From an uncultured Desulfovibrionaceae bacterium (GTDB lineage Bacteria > Desulfobacterota > Desulfovibrionia > Desulfovibrionales > Desulfovibrionaceae), in the NCBI GenBank assembly GCA_964547565.1, contig CAZJOG010000002.1, positions 1-39,690 on the forward strand: a DNA stretch of 39,690 bases, read 5' to 3'. Under the pieces are notes generated by a model. It was not told the DNA's origin. It searched no databases and saw only the letters and a program-made list of their open reading frames with translations. The translations under genes and the position numbers were made by a program. Shown piece by piece: positions 8,848-17,311 of this stretch (position 1 is the stretch's first letter; each line of letters opens with the position of its first letter).

Positions 8848-9298
8848 GTCTACCCATGTTGCAAAAAGAAAATGTTTGGCTTCTGATGACCACTTACCAG
8901 CCTGAAAACCTGTGCAGAAGCAACAAAAAGCCTGGCTGAACATAACGGCACTAATAACAAGAAGTCACTATTTGTAGCAAAATAACGCAGAACTTAATTA
9001 ACAGTGTTTATCGTATTAATTAAAACTGCTTTTCGCGCTCCAGGGCGAAATGTGAAAATTTTTTTAGTGACGCGCAGGTATTTTGTGCCAACAAAACCGC
9101 TTCGCGTGTGCCAACACCGTCACCTGCTTAGTGAAGCATCTTTTACAGAAAAAACAACCTTTAGGTTTACGGGTGTATGTGGAACGCACGGCATAAAAAA
9201 AGGCCTCCTTCGTTTTTGTGACCACGTTTGTGACCAAAAACTTGAAGCAGACCATTGTAAGGCAACAACCAGCTATTTTTACTGGTATTTTTTTCATT

Positions 9299-9356
9299 TG
9301 GTACCGAGGGAGAGACTCGAACTCTCAAGGGGTTGCCCCCGGCGGATTTTGAGTCC
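9299..9356 (-). tRNA. 3' fragment (anticodon loop to CCA) of tRNA-Leu(CAA); att core copy, not a complete tRNA
   Basis: The reverse complement reads GGA-CTCAAAA-TCC GCCGGGGGCAACCCCTT GAGAG-TTCGAGT-CTCTC CCTCGGT-A-CCA. That gives an anticodon loop with CAA, a long variable arm, a T-arm, and an acceptor 3' strand plus CCA. The sequence 5' of it (9357+) is an AT-rich non-tRNA tract and no ACCGAGG acceptor 5' strand is present. Confidence 0.75.
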
Positions 9357-9426
9357 TAATATTAATATAATAAAATAAATATATTACAAGCATGCGTACA
9401 CTTAGTTTCAAGTGTACAGCCAAAAG

Positions 9427-9452
9427 CCCCGGCTTAGACCGGGGATTTTTTT
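9427..9452. terminator. rho-independent terminator at end of phage late operon
   Basis: CCCCGG-CTTAGA-CCGGGG followed by A-T7 on plus, and CTTTTGG on minus just after the tail-collar gene stop. Confidence 0.6.
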
Positions 9453-9465
9453 GTTTAAGTTTACC

Positions 9466-10188
9466 CTACACCTTCATAATATAAGCCAGAGCGTAATATG
9501 GAGGCAAATTCTTGTTTGCACCACTTTCACCCGCACTGTTTACAGTAATGGCATGAGCGTGGGAGCCAGCTGCAATATTAACCGTTTGGTACCATTTTTG
9601 AGATCCGTCATTTCCGTACTGGTAGACATTGTATGTGGGGCCATCCGCAAGACTGAAGACTCCCCAAGATGATACCTTACTACCGCGGTTTACATGGAAA
9701 CCACCGGTAATAAAGTTTCCTGGGTTACTTGAACTTGCGCCGTGCCCATGGCTTACAACCACGGCATCCTTGCTCCCTCCTTTTTGTGTGGCATTGCCTG
9801 TGATAGTGCTTTGTGCCTTACCATCGTGGTCGGAATGCGCACCAATAACAAACACGTTACGCAAATCGGGGGTATTATTCTGACCATCACATAATGCCCA
9901 GCCAGTGGGGATATTAACGATTGTGCCATTCCAAAGGGCTATTAGCCCTTTGGGTATCATGGCATCTGCTATCACGCTCCATATACCGTTTTCTGATTGT
10001 AATGTTTGTCCATCCGGTTGCCCCGCCGCTCCATTGGCCATAAGAATATTCAAATCTTGATAGAGCGAAGCCCACGCAGGTTTTTCACGGTCTGTAAAGC
10101 CTTGCTTCACGGTATCACCGTCTGGGTTTACATCTAAAATTGTTGTGGGGTCTTGATAGAAACGTTTTGTTGTGGGATTAAATGGCAT
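9466..10188 (-). CDS. tail fibre protein with phage tail-collar domain
   Basis: ATG 10188 has AAGGAG 6 nt upstream; the track start 10362 is rejected. LIALWNGTIVNIPTGWALCDGQNNTPDLRNVFVIG and C-terminal NLPPYYALAYIMKV are the classic tail-collar (MdpB-like) signature. Confidence 0.8.
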   Translation of the reverse strand: MPFNPTTKRFYQDPTTILDVNPDGDTVKQGFTDREKPAWASLYQDLNILMANGAAGQPDGQTLQSENGIWSVIADAMIPKGLIALWNGTIVNIPTGWALCDGQNNTPDLRNVFVIGAHSDHDGKAQSTITGNATQKGGSKDAVVVSHGHGASSSNPGNFITGGFHVNRGSKVSSWGVFSLADGPTYNVYQYGNDGSQKWYQTVNIAAGSHAHAITVNSAGESGANKNLPPYYALAYIMKV

Positions 10189-10282
10189 TTTATGCTCCTT
10201 TTTAGTTGTTTTACCACACCCTCTAATGCCTACTTTCCTTTTAGATTTACTCGTGGTATGGCTGAAAAAAAGGAGTGGGATT

Positions 10283-11029
10283 ATGAAAATTTTCTTTTTT
10301 ACACTGCTTGTTTTCATTTGGGTAGCTGGAGAAACAGAACTAGCTTTTGCTGTAGAAAACACACCTAATCAAATTATAGTATATGGTCTTGCGGACGAGG
10401 GGAAAAGGTTTGAAAAAATTATTGCACAGTGTTCAGCTATAAACGAAAATAAGCTCTATTGCTTTTTTGAATCCTCATATATCAGATTACACAACATGAA
10501 TACAACTCCAGTTCCACCGCCAGAAGAAATAAAAAAGTATGAATCTCAAAAAAAAGAGTTATGCAGCTATATAGATTCAGAAGAACTTAGGAATATAAAA
10601 ACTAATACATCACGCAACTATCAAACTGAGTATGTAAGCCAACAACTTGAAGTGTTATTAAAGTTCTGCGATGATCAAATCACAATGACCGAGTCATTTT
10701 CTGAGATCTCAGAGTTGAGTAAAAATGTTTGCACAGTAGCATCTGCAAGCTGGGAAGCGGAGTTTACAAAGAAAGCAAAAGGTATCTATGAGTATACAGA
10801 AATTTCTGATCTTTTTATGAGTGGGTTAAAGAAAGCTTCAGTTCATACAATATACCTTGACACTACGAGCAACAATAGCCTTGCATGGACTTTATCAATA
10901 GAAGTTAGCTACTTGGGAACACCAAGTGATGAATTACTATTTCCAACCCCATATAAGGACATATATTCATGGAAGAAACCTTCACCAGTAAAACTTCCGT
11001 GCCAATATGTTTCTCTTGAAATTCTTTAA
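10283..11029 (+). CDS. secreted hypothetical protein (prophage moron)
   Basis: ATG 10283 follows AAAGGAG. The N-terminus MKIFFFTLLVFIWVAGETELAFA looks like a Sec signal peptide. The gene is on the opposite strand to the virion operon and is visibly AT-rich. Confidence 0.6.
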   Translation: MKIFFFTLLVFIWVAGETELAFAVENTPNQIIVYGLADEGKRFEKIIAQCSAINENKLYCFFESSYIRLHNMNTTPVPPPEEIKKYESQKKELCSYIDSEELRNIKTNTSRNYQTEYVSQQLEVLLKFCDDQITMTESFSEISELSKNVCTVASASWEAEFTKKAKGIYEYTEISDLFMSGLKKASVHTIYLDTTSNNSLAWTLSIEVSYLGTPSDELLFPTPYKDIYSWKKPSPVKLPCQYVSLEIL

Positions 11030-11117
11030 CTAAAAGTTTCCAAAAAAATACGGCTACATAAGGCTTCGTGCCTTTCATACATAACCGTGAGTATCTTTGC
11101 AAATAGCTGGAGGCATT

Positions 11118-11357
11118 ATGGGCATACAAACTGAGTGCCAAAAAATAGAAACAACCAAATCACAAACTGAAACTTTTGCCTTGCAACAGCATGCAAAAAT
11201 AATGGAAACGCTCGTCAACATGGGATTTTCACCTAACCCGGAACAGTGTGTTGATATAAACTATGGACGTGGACAAGTACATAGTGAACCCAGCCAACAA
11301 AATGCTCTCTTTGATCATGACTTTTATGCATGCCAGCAAGAAAAGCATTACGTGTAG
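11118..11357 (+). CDS. small hypothetical protein (prophage moron)
   Basis: ATG 11118 follows GGAGG. 79 aa, same strand as the upstream moron, followed by the terminator at 11423. Confidence 0.4.
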   Translation: MGIQTECQKIETTKSQTETFALQQHAKIMETLVNMGFSPNPEQCVDINYGRGQVHSEPSQQNALFDHDFYACQQEKHYV

Positions 11358-11422
11358 TATCCACCCACGAGCCTTTTCCCCGTAGGCGGTTCAAATAATC
11401 TCTCTTCATTTCTCAAATAACC

Positions 11423-11444
11423 AAGGGTCGCAAGACCCTTTTTT
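11423..11444 (+). terminator. rho-independent terminator of the plus-strand moron pair
   Basis: AAGGGTC-GCAA-GACCCTT-TTTT. Confidence 0.7.
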
Positions 11445-14400
11445 ACGCCTTGGCGTACCCATAGCGCTTTAGCAAATCACCAAGCGGGTCTTGTATAGGC
11501 CTTGGTTGCTGTGGGGCAAAAAGGCTACTTTCCAGTCTACTTTCTATATCACGCATAATACGTTCAGGTTCATCCGGGAAAAGGGCGTTCAGGCTTTGCC
11601 GCAATGCGCCTTTTCTGTCTTCCTGGTCATTGACAACTGGCAGCATATTGCGTCCTTCAGAAAGTTCCAACGCCGTGGTGTGTTTTCCAAGAGATTGCTT
11701 AATGGCGTTTAGGTCAAGCTCTTGGCGGCTTCCCCAGCGTCCGAGTTTTTCCAAAGGACTACGCATACTCCCTTTCATCGCGTTTGTATTAGAAAGAAAT
11801 TTAGCCGCAATGCTTGGTTCAAGGACAGCATCTACAAGCATATTTTCGATGTTTTCATCGGCAAAATTAGTGAAGTGTCCAATAGTTTTGTTAAACGCAT
11901 TCTTCAAAAAACCACTTTTTCCAGCTTCATACCCATATTGCTTTATATCATTCAAAACCTTTTGTAATTGTGCAGTTGGAGAACCTATAACAGATGCCTG
12001 ATGGATTGTGGAATTGGCACGAGCAGCGTCTTGCTGCACGGCTCCTAATGCCTGCATTTCATCTGGGAAAAGTCCTGCCCCGTCAAGCGAAGGGTATTTT
12101 CCGTTCTTGTGGTTAAGCTCCCATTCTCCCACTCTATTTTGTTTGGCAATTCCAGCAAAAGCACTTTGTTGTCGTGCCGATAAATCAGCAGACGCTTGTG
12201 CCTTTACAAAAAGCCTACGCAGTGAAGGATCTCCCATTTCTTCAATGGCAGGCGCAAACCGGCGCAGGAATTTTCCCATTTTTTGCGCGTCCATAGTACC
12301 ATCAGGCCGTACACTTTCTGCCAACGCTTGCTGGATACTGTATTCGTGCATAGCTTCTTGGGCAGCAAAGGAGCGGGCAAAGGGGGCATTTTCTTCGCCC
12401 AGGGCCATTTTAGAAAGTGCTTGCATGTTTTCCGAAGCACCTTTGCCAGCCGTAAAAAAACGTCCAGGAATTTCAGATGTGTTTGTATTCGCCCCACCAA
12501 CATAATTTCCATGTTCCACCAAGGGAGCAACTGGCTTATTGCGGTAACGTTTTGCCATATCAGCCCACCCAGCCCTTGCTTCTTGTAACATCTGTGCATC
12601 AAATGCTTCAAGACCATGGGCATTGCTCAAATCATCTGCAATATCTTTTTTTGTTTGCCCAGAAAGAGCTTCATTCACTTTATCAATAGCCTTTCTGTAT
12701 CTCACATCGCCAGCTAAAATGCGACCGGCAAAATTGTCGAAGTCATACGCATTGGCTCCTTTTCCAAAACTTCCATTTGCAGGATCAAGGTGCGAAAAAT
12801 ATTCCCCTATTTGATCATACCCTACTCGGCCATTTTCCCGTATAAGCCCAGGAAAAACCTTGTTCATATCACGGATAAGGTCTTTCCCATACCGGTCTTC
12901 CAGATCAGGAGTGCGCCGAATACCAGCTTTTTGCAAATCCATAAGCGACATGGTAAATGGATCATTTTCGACCAAAGAGGTTGCATTTTGCTTTATGCTG
13001 TGTTGCGCTTGCGCGGTAAGATTGACATCCATGGGATCAACTTCCTTGCCGCGGAAATTATAAATAAAATCCTCCAGGTCTTGCTTCATAATACCAGCAA
13101 GACGCGCTGCATTACGGTCGGGGTTAGCACCATTGCCCGCATCGAAAGCAGCAGAGCCTATACGCTGCAAAGCTTTGTGCAAGCGTTCGTAGGGAATGGG
13201 TTCCTGCTTTTCCACAAAGGCATACAGCCTTTCAAATTCTTTACGCGCAAGCGGCGGCAAATCTTCCAGATCATCGGCATCAAGCTTCGCCATCCAACTC
13301 TCAAGAAGCTCTGAACCGTTAAAACGGGATGTTTTTTCTGGGTCAACCAAATCGTACCTTTCTTGCGCTTTTATTTTTGCCGCTTTTTCGGCATTTTTTA
13401 CTTCAGAAAGAACTATTTCCCCAAGTTCACGAGGAGAAGAATATGCCCTGTTCGGTGCTGCCGCACGTAAATCTTCCGGAATACCTAGCGCTTGTTCCTC
13501 TAAACGCTGACGGGCTGCATTAAGCACAGGAGTTATTGCCTCTTGCCGTGCTGCTTTTTGGGCATCCCACCGTGCATTCAGTTCTGCCCCACGCTTAGTT
13601 GAGTTCATGGCTTTTTCCAAAACTGCAAGCCCACCATTTTGGGAGAGCTGCGCAGTTGTTGGCACAGAACCGGGAACAATTTCCCCATTTCCTTGTTGAA
13701 GCAAACGTAATGTTTTTTCCAGTGAATTGTCAGGAATATCAGGAAAAAGAATTTTTCCATTTGTATCTACAAGACGTTTAGAACCTTGAGTAGCAAACTT
13801 TGTAAGAATATCACCCGCTATGCGCTCCTGGCCACTGTCGGTTAATCTGTCCAATAAGCTAATACTTTTTTTTGCACTTGCCAGCCCCGCATTCACGAGA
13901 CTTGCCCCGGCAAATGGAGTCGCCCCTGCAGCCAAACCAGCAAGCATCTGTACCGGAATTGGAGCATCTGCCTGTTGCGTTTTTTCCACAGCCCCACCTG
14001 CAGCCATACCAGAAAGAATTTGCGTTTTGGGCAATTCCGTAAAAGCTTTTGCTATTGTTGGTAGCTTACCAACCCCCTGCATAACTGCGCCTGCCCCAAG
14101 CGTTGGTAAAACACTAGCTCCACCTTCTGCAATGGCAGAATAAAATTTTTCCGTATCTGTTTCTGCTTTTGGCAAACCGATAAAATCGGCTATACCACTA
14201 CCGGGGTTTGTGCCAAAAAAGTTTGCCCCTGCACCAAGTTTTTCTGCACCATAATTCAGTAATGGGTATACCATGCCGGGAATGGCACCCACACCTTCCA
14301 GCACAGAACGTGTACCAAGCCCAAGATCACGCAATGCGCGATTGCTTTCAGAGCTTTCTATCTGCGGCATAGGAATATCTGGCTTTGCCACTTTGCCAAA

Positions 14401-14535
14401 GTCTAACGGCTGCCAACCTTCAGGAGAAAGGTAAAGCTTTTCCCCCTTGTCGTTTTGTGCAATACTAAGCTTTTGCCATTGACCATTTTGCAGACCCAAA
14501 TACTCCCCTGTTTCAGGGTTATGGGCTATTCTCAT
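11443..14535 (-). CDS. large (1030 aa) internal virion / DNA-ejection-type protein
   Basis: Last giant gene of the virion operon, with an ATGA overlap to the upstream gene. The N-terminal third has several Gly/Ala-rich hydrophobic stretches (GAIPGMVYPLLNYGAEKLGAGANFFG, LPTLGAGAVMQGVG, LAGLAAGATPFAGASLVNAGLA); the rest is long and helical. No enzymatic motif was recognised. Confidence 0.4.
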   Translation of the reverse strand: MRIAHNPETGEYLGLQNGQWQKLSIAQNDKGEKLYLSPEGWQPLDFGKVAKPDIPMPQIESSESNRALRDLGLGTRSVLEGVGAIPGMVYPLLNYGAEKLGAGANFFGTNPGSGIADFIGLPKAETDTEKFYSAIAEGGASVLPTLGAGAVMQGVGKLPTIAKAFTELPKTQILSGMAAGGAVEKTQQADAPIPVQMLAGLAAGATPFAGASLVNAGLASAKKSISLLDRLTDSGQERIAGDILTKFATQGSKRLVDTNGKILFPDIPDNSLEKTLRLLQQGNGEIVPGSVPTTAQLSQNGGLAVLEKAMNSTKRGAELNARWDAQKAARQEAITPVLNAARQRLEEQALGIPEDLRAAAPNRAYSSPRELGEIVLSEVKNAEKAAKIKAQERYDLVDPEKTSRFNGSELLESWMAKLDADDLEDLPPLARKEFERLYAFVEKQEPIPYERLHKALQRIGSAAFDAGNGANPDRNAARLAGIMKQDLEDFIYNFRGKEVDPMDVNLTAQAQHSIKQNATSLVENDPFTMSLMDLQKAGIRRTPDLEDRYGKDLIRDMNKVFPGLIRENGRVGYDQIGEYFSHLDPANGSFGKGANAYDFDNFAGRILAGDVRYRKAIDKVNEALSGQTKKDIADDLSNAHGLEAFDAQMLQEARAGWADMAKRYRNKPVAPLVEHGNYVGGANTNTSEIPGRFFTAGKGASENMQALSKMALGEENAPFARSFAAQEAMHEYSIQQALAESVRPDGTMDAQKMGKFLRRFAPAIEEMGDPSLRRLFVKAQASADLSARQQSAFAGIAKQNRVGEWELNHKNGKYPSLDGAGLFPDEMQALGAVQQDAARANSTIHQASVIGSPTAQLQKVLNDIKQYGYEAGKSGFLKNAFNKTIGHFTNFADENIENMLVDAVLEPSIAAKFLSNTNAMKGSMRSPLEKLGRWGSRQELDLNAIKQSLGKHTTALELSEGRNMLPVVNDQEDRKGALRQSLNALFPDEPERIMRDIESRLESSLFAPQQPRPIQDPLGDLLKRYGYAKA

Positions 14536-15854
14536 TGTATCACCTCAAAGCCGGCTGGAAGAGGAAATTGTGAACTGTACCGTTGTGGTTCATAGCCATA
14601 AAATGTACCATTGTCTTCATAATATTTACGTCTTGCCGTGGCATCATCGTATTGTCTTTTGCGTATGTTGTACGCAGTTTGCAAAACTTCCCTAAGACCT
14701 TGAGGAGACAATGAGGTTGAGCCTGCGGCACGCCGCATAATCTCTTGCTCTTTTTCAGATATAGCACCTTTCATAAATTCCGAAAGATTAAGACGGATAT
14801 ACTCCATAGAACTATCAAGTGTTTCCATATTCGCAAGAGTTTGCTGATCTCCAATTCCTAAATACTGGCCAACCTGCCTTGCTCCTTTTTCGATACCAAA
14901 CATTGGGCCAGTGTTTACCCCATCAAGCGCTTGCATAGCTGTTTCGGCCTGTCCCATAAAATTTAGGGCTGCTTCCGAAATTTCCTGATCTTTTTTGAGT
15001 TGGGCGGCATTTGCTTGTGTAAGGGCTGGGTCTGCATTCCGTTTGGTTGGTACTTCGCCGCCAACCTTGAAGAATTGTCCATTTTTTGAAGACTGCCCAT
15101 AGTATTCTTTTCCATTAACAAAAAGCTTTTCCTGCTTACCCCATGGAATATCTGAAGGAACTTGAGTAGGCACACCAGATGCGTCTACAACCATACCTGG
15201 CACTACCCCTTGATTATGCGAGGGTTGTGCGGCGTTATCAGAATAAATTTTAGATAAATCAAGGCCGACGCTGTTAAGTAAAGCTTGGATAGGTGTTTTT
15301 TCATTTCCCTGAGGCATTTTCTCTTGGGTTAAAGACGTAGATGCACTTTGCTCACCACGCTGAGGAGCTTCAAGCGCTTTTAAGCTTCCATTGCCGTATT
15401 CGTAATATACAGGCCGTCCGTATTCGTCTTGTCCCTGAACAAGTTGTGGCTTGTTGGCTGTTGCCCACTGCCTGCTTTCGGAAACCCTGCGCGAACGCAT
15501 AGCATCCTGCGTATCAAAATATTGACTGGCATTTCCCAAATACCTGCTTGCTTCTTCTGGGGAAAGCCCCATAGCATTTATGGCAAAATTATACGCACTC
15601 TTTATGTCCTGCGGGTTTGCGGCTGCTAGCTGCTCATAAAACTGTGTCCTATTTGTCTCTTGATTGGCTTCTTTTTCCATGCCAAGCTTTCTGTCCTGCA
15701 GCTGCATCCCCATACCTGCAAGTCCCAGCATATCCTTCATTCCGTTGTTTTGCTGGTTTTCCATAGCCATTGCACGCGACCAGTAGCCCTCCATAGCATC
15801 CCCTATGGGGTTTTGCGCGTATTGGCGTTGCGGTGCTTTTATCACAATAGGCAT
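14532..15854 (-). CDS. virion-associated protein (internal/ejection-type), hypothetical
   Basis: ATG 15854 lies 2 nt after the upstream stop (TAA-TT-ATG). 440 aa, Met/Gln/Gly-rich low-complexity N-terminus. Confidence 0.4.
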   Translation of the reverse strand: MPIVIKAPQRQYAQNPIGDAMEGYWSRAMAMENQQNNGMKDMLGLAGMGMQLQDRKLGMEKEANQETNRTQFYEQLAAANPQDIKSAYNFAINAMGLSPEEASRYLGNASQYFDTQDAMRSRRVSESRQWATANKPQLVQGQDEYGRPVYYEYGNGSLKALEAPQRGEQSASTSLTQEKMPQGNEKTPIQALLNSVGLDLSKIYSDNAAQPSHNQGVVPGMVVDASGVPTQVPSDIPWGKQEKLFVNGKEYYGQSSKNGQFFKVGGEVPTKRNADPALTQANAAQLKKDQEISEAALNFMGQAETAMQALDGVNTGPMFGIEKGARQVGQYLGIGDQQTLANMETLDSSMEYIRLNLSEFMKGAISEKEQEIMRRAAGSTSLSPQGLREVLQTAYNIRKRQYDDATARRKYYEDNGTFYGYEPQRYSSQFPLPAGFEVIQ

Positions 15855-15856
15855 AA

Positions 15857-16240
15857 TTATGCACCCCACCCATTCAGGTTATAAAACGGTGTGGCCTTTT
15901 TCAGAACACTATCAAGCAGATTTTGATTAATAGTTAAGCCTTGCCCAAAAGGAGGGACTGCCTGCGCGGGAGCCCCAGCACCCCCTGCCGTTGCTTGGAA
16001 TGGTGTAAAGGAAGGCATTCCAGACTGCCCAGTTTGTCCCGCCCCTTGCGGGTACATATTTTCCATAAGCCCCATCATTTTTTCCTGCATGGCTTTTTGT
16101 GCTTCGTTTTGCTCCTTGGCCATATCAAGCTGCTTTTTGCCCATATAGCTACTTGCAAAACCGTTAAGCCCTTGCCCAACTGCACCCAAAGTATCCGCCA
16201 AAGTATTACGTTTGTAGTTTTTTATACGTCTAGCAGCCAT
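15857..16240 (-). CDS. small Gly/Gln/Met-rich virion protein, hypothetical
   Basis: 127 aa ORF in the operon, ATG 16240. Low-complexity QGAGQTGQSGMPSFTPFQATAGGAGAPAQ. Confidence 0.4.
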   Translation of the reverse strand: MAARRIKNYKRNTLADTLGAVGQGLNGFASSYMGKKQLDMAKEQNEAQKAMQEKMMGLMENMYPQGAGQTGQSGMPSFTPFQATAGGAGAPAQAVPPFGQGLTINQNLLDSVLKKATPFYNLNGWGA

Positions 16241-16265
16241 GTTGCACCGCCCTTATGTTGAAAAG

Positions 16266-16898
16266 TTAGAAAAATAATCCACCAATAGAACCAATACCAC
16301 CAAGAAGAGAGCCCATTCCACCCTTTCCATCGTCCCCACTATCTTGCTCCACAACTTGCCCACTGCTAATCGCTGGTATAGAAACACCGAGAGAAGAAAG
16401 GTAGTTCGCCAGAATTTGCTGTTTCATGGTGTTTTCATAATTAACAGCATCCAGTTTGTTTTGATTTGCCCACTCCTGCCCCCTGGCAGAATTATAAAAG
16501 TCCATGGCTTGCGCATTTTGCGCTTTTACCTGTGCATCTGCCATACTGGTGGCGTAGTTTTGCCCGGCATTCGCAAGCGCTCCACTCATCATACCATTAC
16601 CAACGCTGCCATACATACCACGCGCACCAAAGAGGTTCTTGGTATCTGTAAGCGCCTGATCATAGGCCGCCTTTGGTGCAGCGGAAAAGGCGTCCAGATA
16701 GCCTTTGCCCTTCTCTTCTGAAAAAAGGCTTTTATACTCATCATACGGGTTTTTCATTTGTGGATACGGCTGGTAATTTTCCAGCTTGCCCATCCACTCC
16801 TGAAATTTGCCCGCGTTACTTTCACCAAACTTATCCAGCCACGGAGGGTTTGCGCTGTATACATCCACACCGCCACCACCATCATTTTTACTTCCCAT
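16266..16898 (-). CDS. Gly-rich virion protein, hypothetical
   Basis: ATG 16898 overlaps the upstream stop (TAATG). 210 aa. N-terminal GSKNDGGGGVD and a C-terminal glycine-zipper-like GGMGSLLGGIGSIGGLFF. Confidence 0.4.
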   Translation of the reverse strand: MGSKNDGGGGVDVYSANPPWLDKFGESNAGKFQEWMGKLENYQPYPQMKNPYDEYKSLFSEEKGKGYLDAFSAAPKAAYDQALTDTKNLFGARGMYGSVGNGMMSGALANAGQNYATSMADAQVKAQNAQAMDFYNSARGQEWANQNKLDAVNYENTMKQQILANYLSSLGVSIPAISSGQVVEQDSGDDGKGGMGSLLGGIGSIGGLFF

Positions 16899-17311
16899 TA
16901 TCCTATCTCCTTCCCATATGTTCTGGCTATTTCGGCCCATCCGTATTTTTTAAGTTCTCTCTCCCACCCCTTACGTCCTGAACAGCTTACATATTTACAC
17001 CCATTATAAACTGCGAAAGCTTCGACAAAGGGCACAATTTCGGGCAGCATGGCAAGTGCACCATGCCCGCCAATGGCGTATACATGGCATGTTCTGTGTT
17101 CGCTGTTTTGTTTTACCCCCATGCAGAGCCAGGCAATGCGGCCAACATCATCACACACACAGTACAGACGTTTTGTACCTTCCTGAATATCCGCCAGTAA
17201 ATCTTGTATGGGGTAACCTTGCCCACCGCCACGCCCAAATGCTTTTTGCATCCAGGGAGCAGCAAGCGACCACGCGAGAGCTATATTATTTTGTGTTATC
17301 GCATGTATCAT
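16898..17311 (-). CDS. hypothetical protein (possibly GNAT-like fold)
   Basis: 137 aa, ATGA overlap with the upstream gene. The ...VYAIGGHG...FVEAFAVYNGCKYVSCSGRKGWERELKKYGW pattern resembles an acetyltransferase core; this is weak. Confidence 0.3.
   Translation of the reverse strand: MIHAITQNNIALAWSLAAPWMQKAFGRGGGQGYPIQDLLADIQEGTKRLYCVCDDVGRIAWLCMGVKQNSEHRTCHVYAIGGHGALAMLPEIVPFVEAFAVYNGCKYVSCSGRKGWERELKKYGWAEIARTYGKEIG

Noticed and set aside
9004-9378. ORFs 9004..9378 (+) and 9064..9297 (-) next to or over the tRNA fragment
   Set aside because: The plus ORF reads through the tRNA-derived sequence. The minus ORF is Lys/Cys/Phe-rich with no SD and starts 1 nt from the tRNA 3' end. No supporting features, so it is treated as non-coding.
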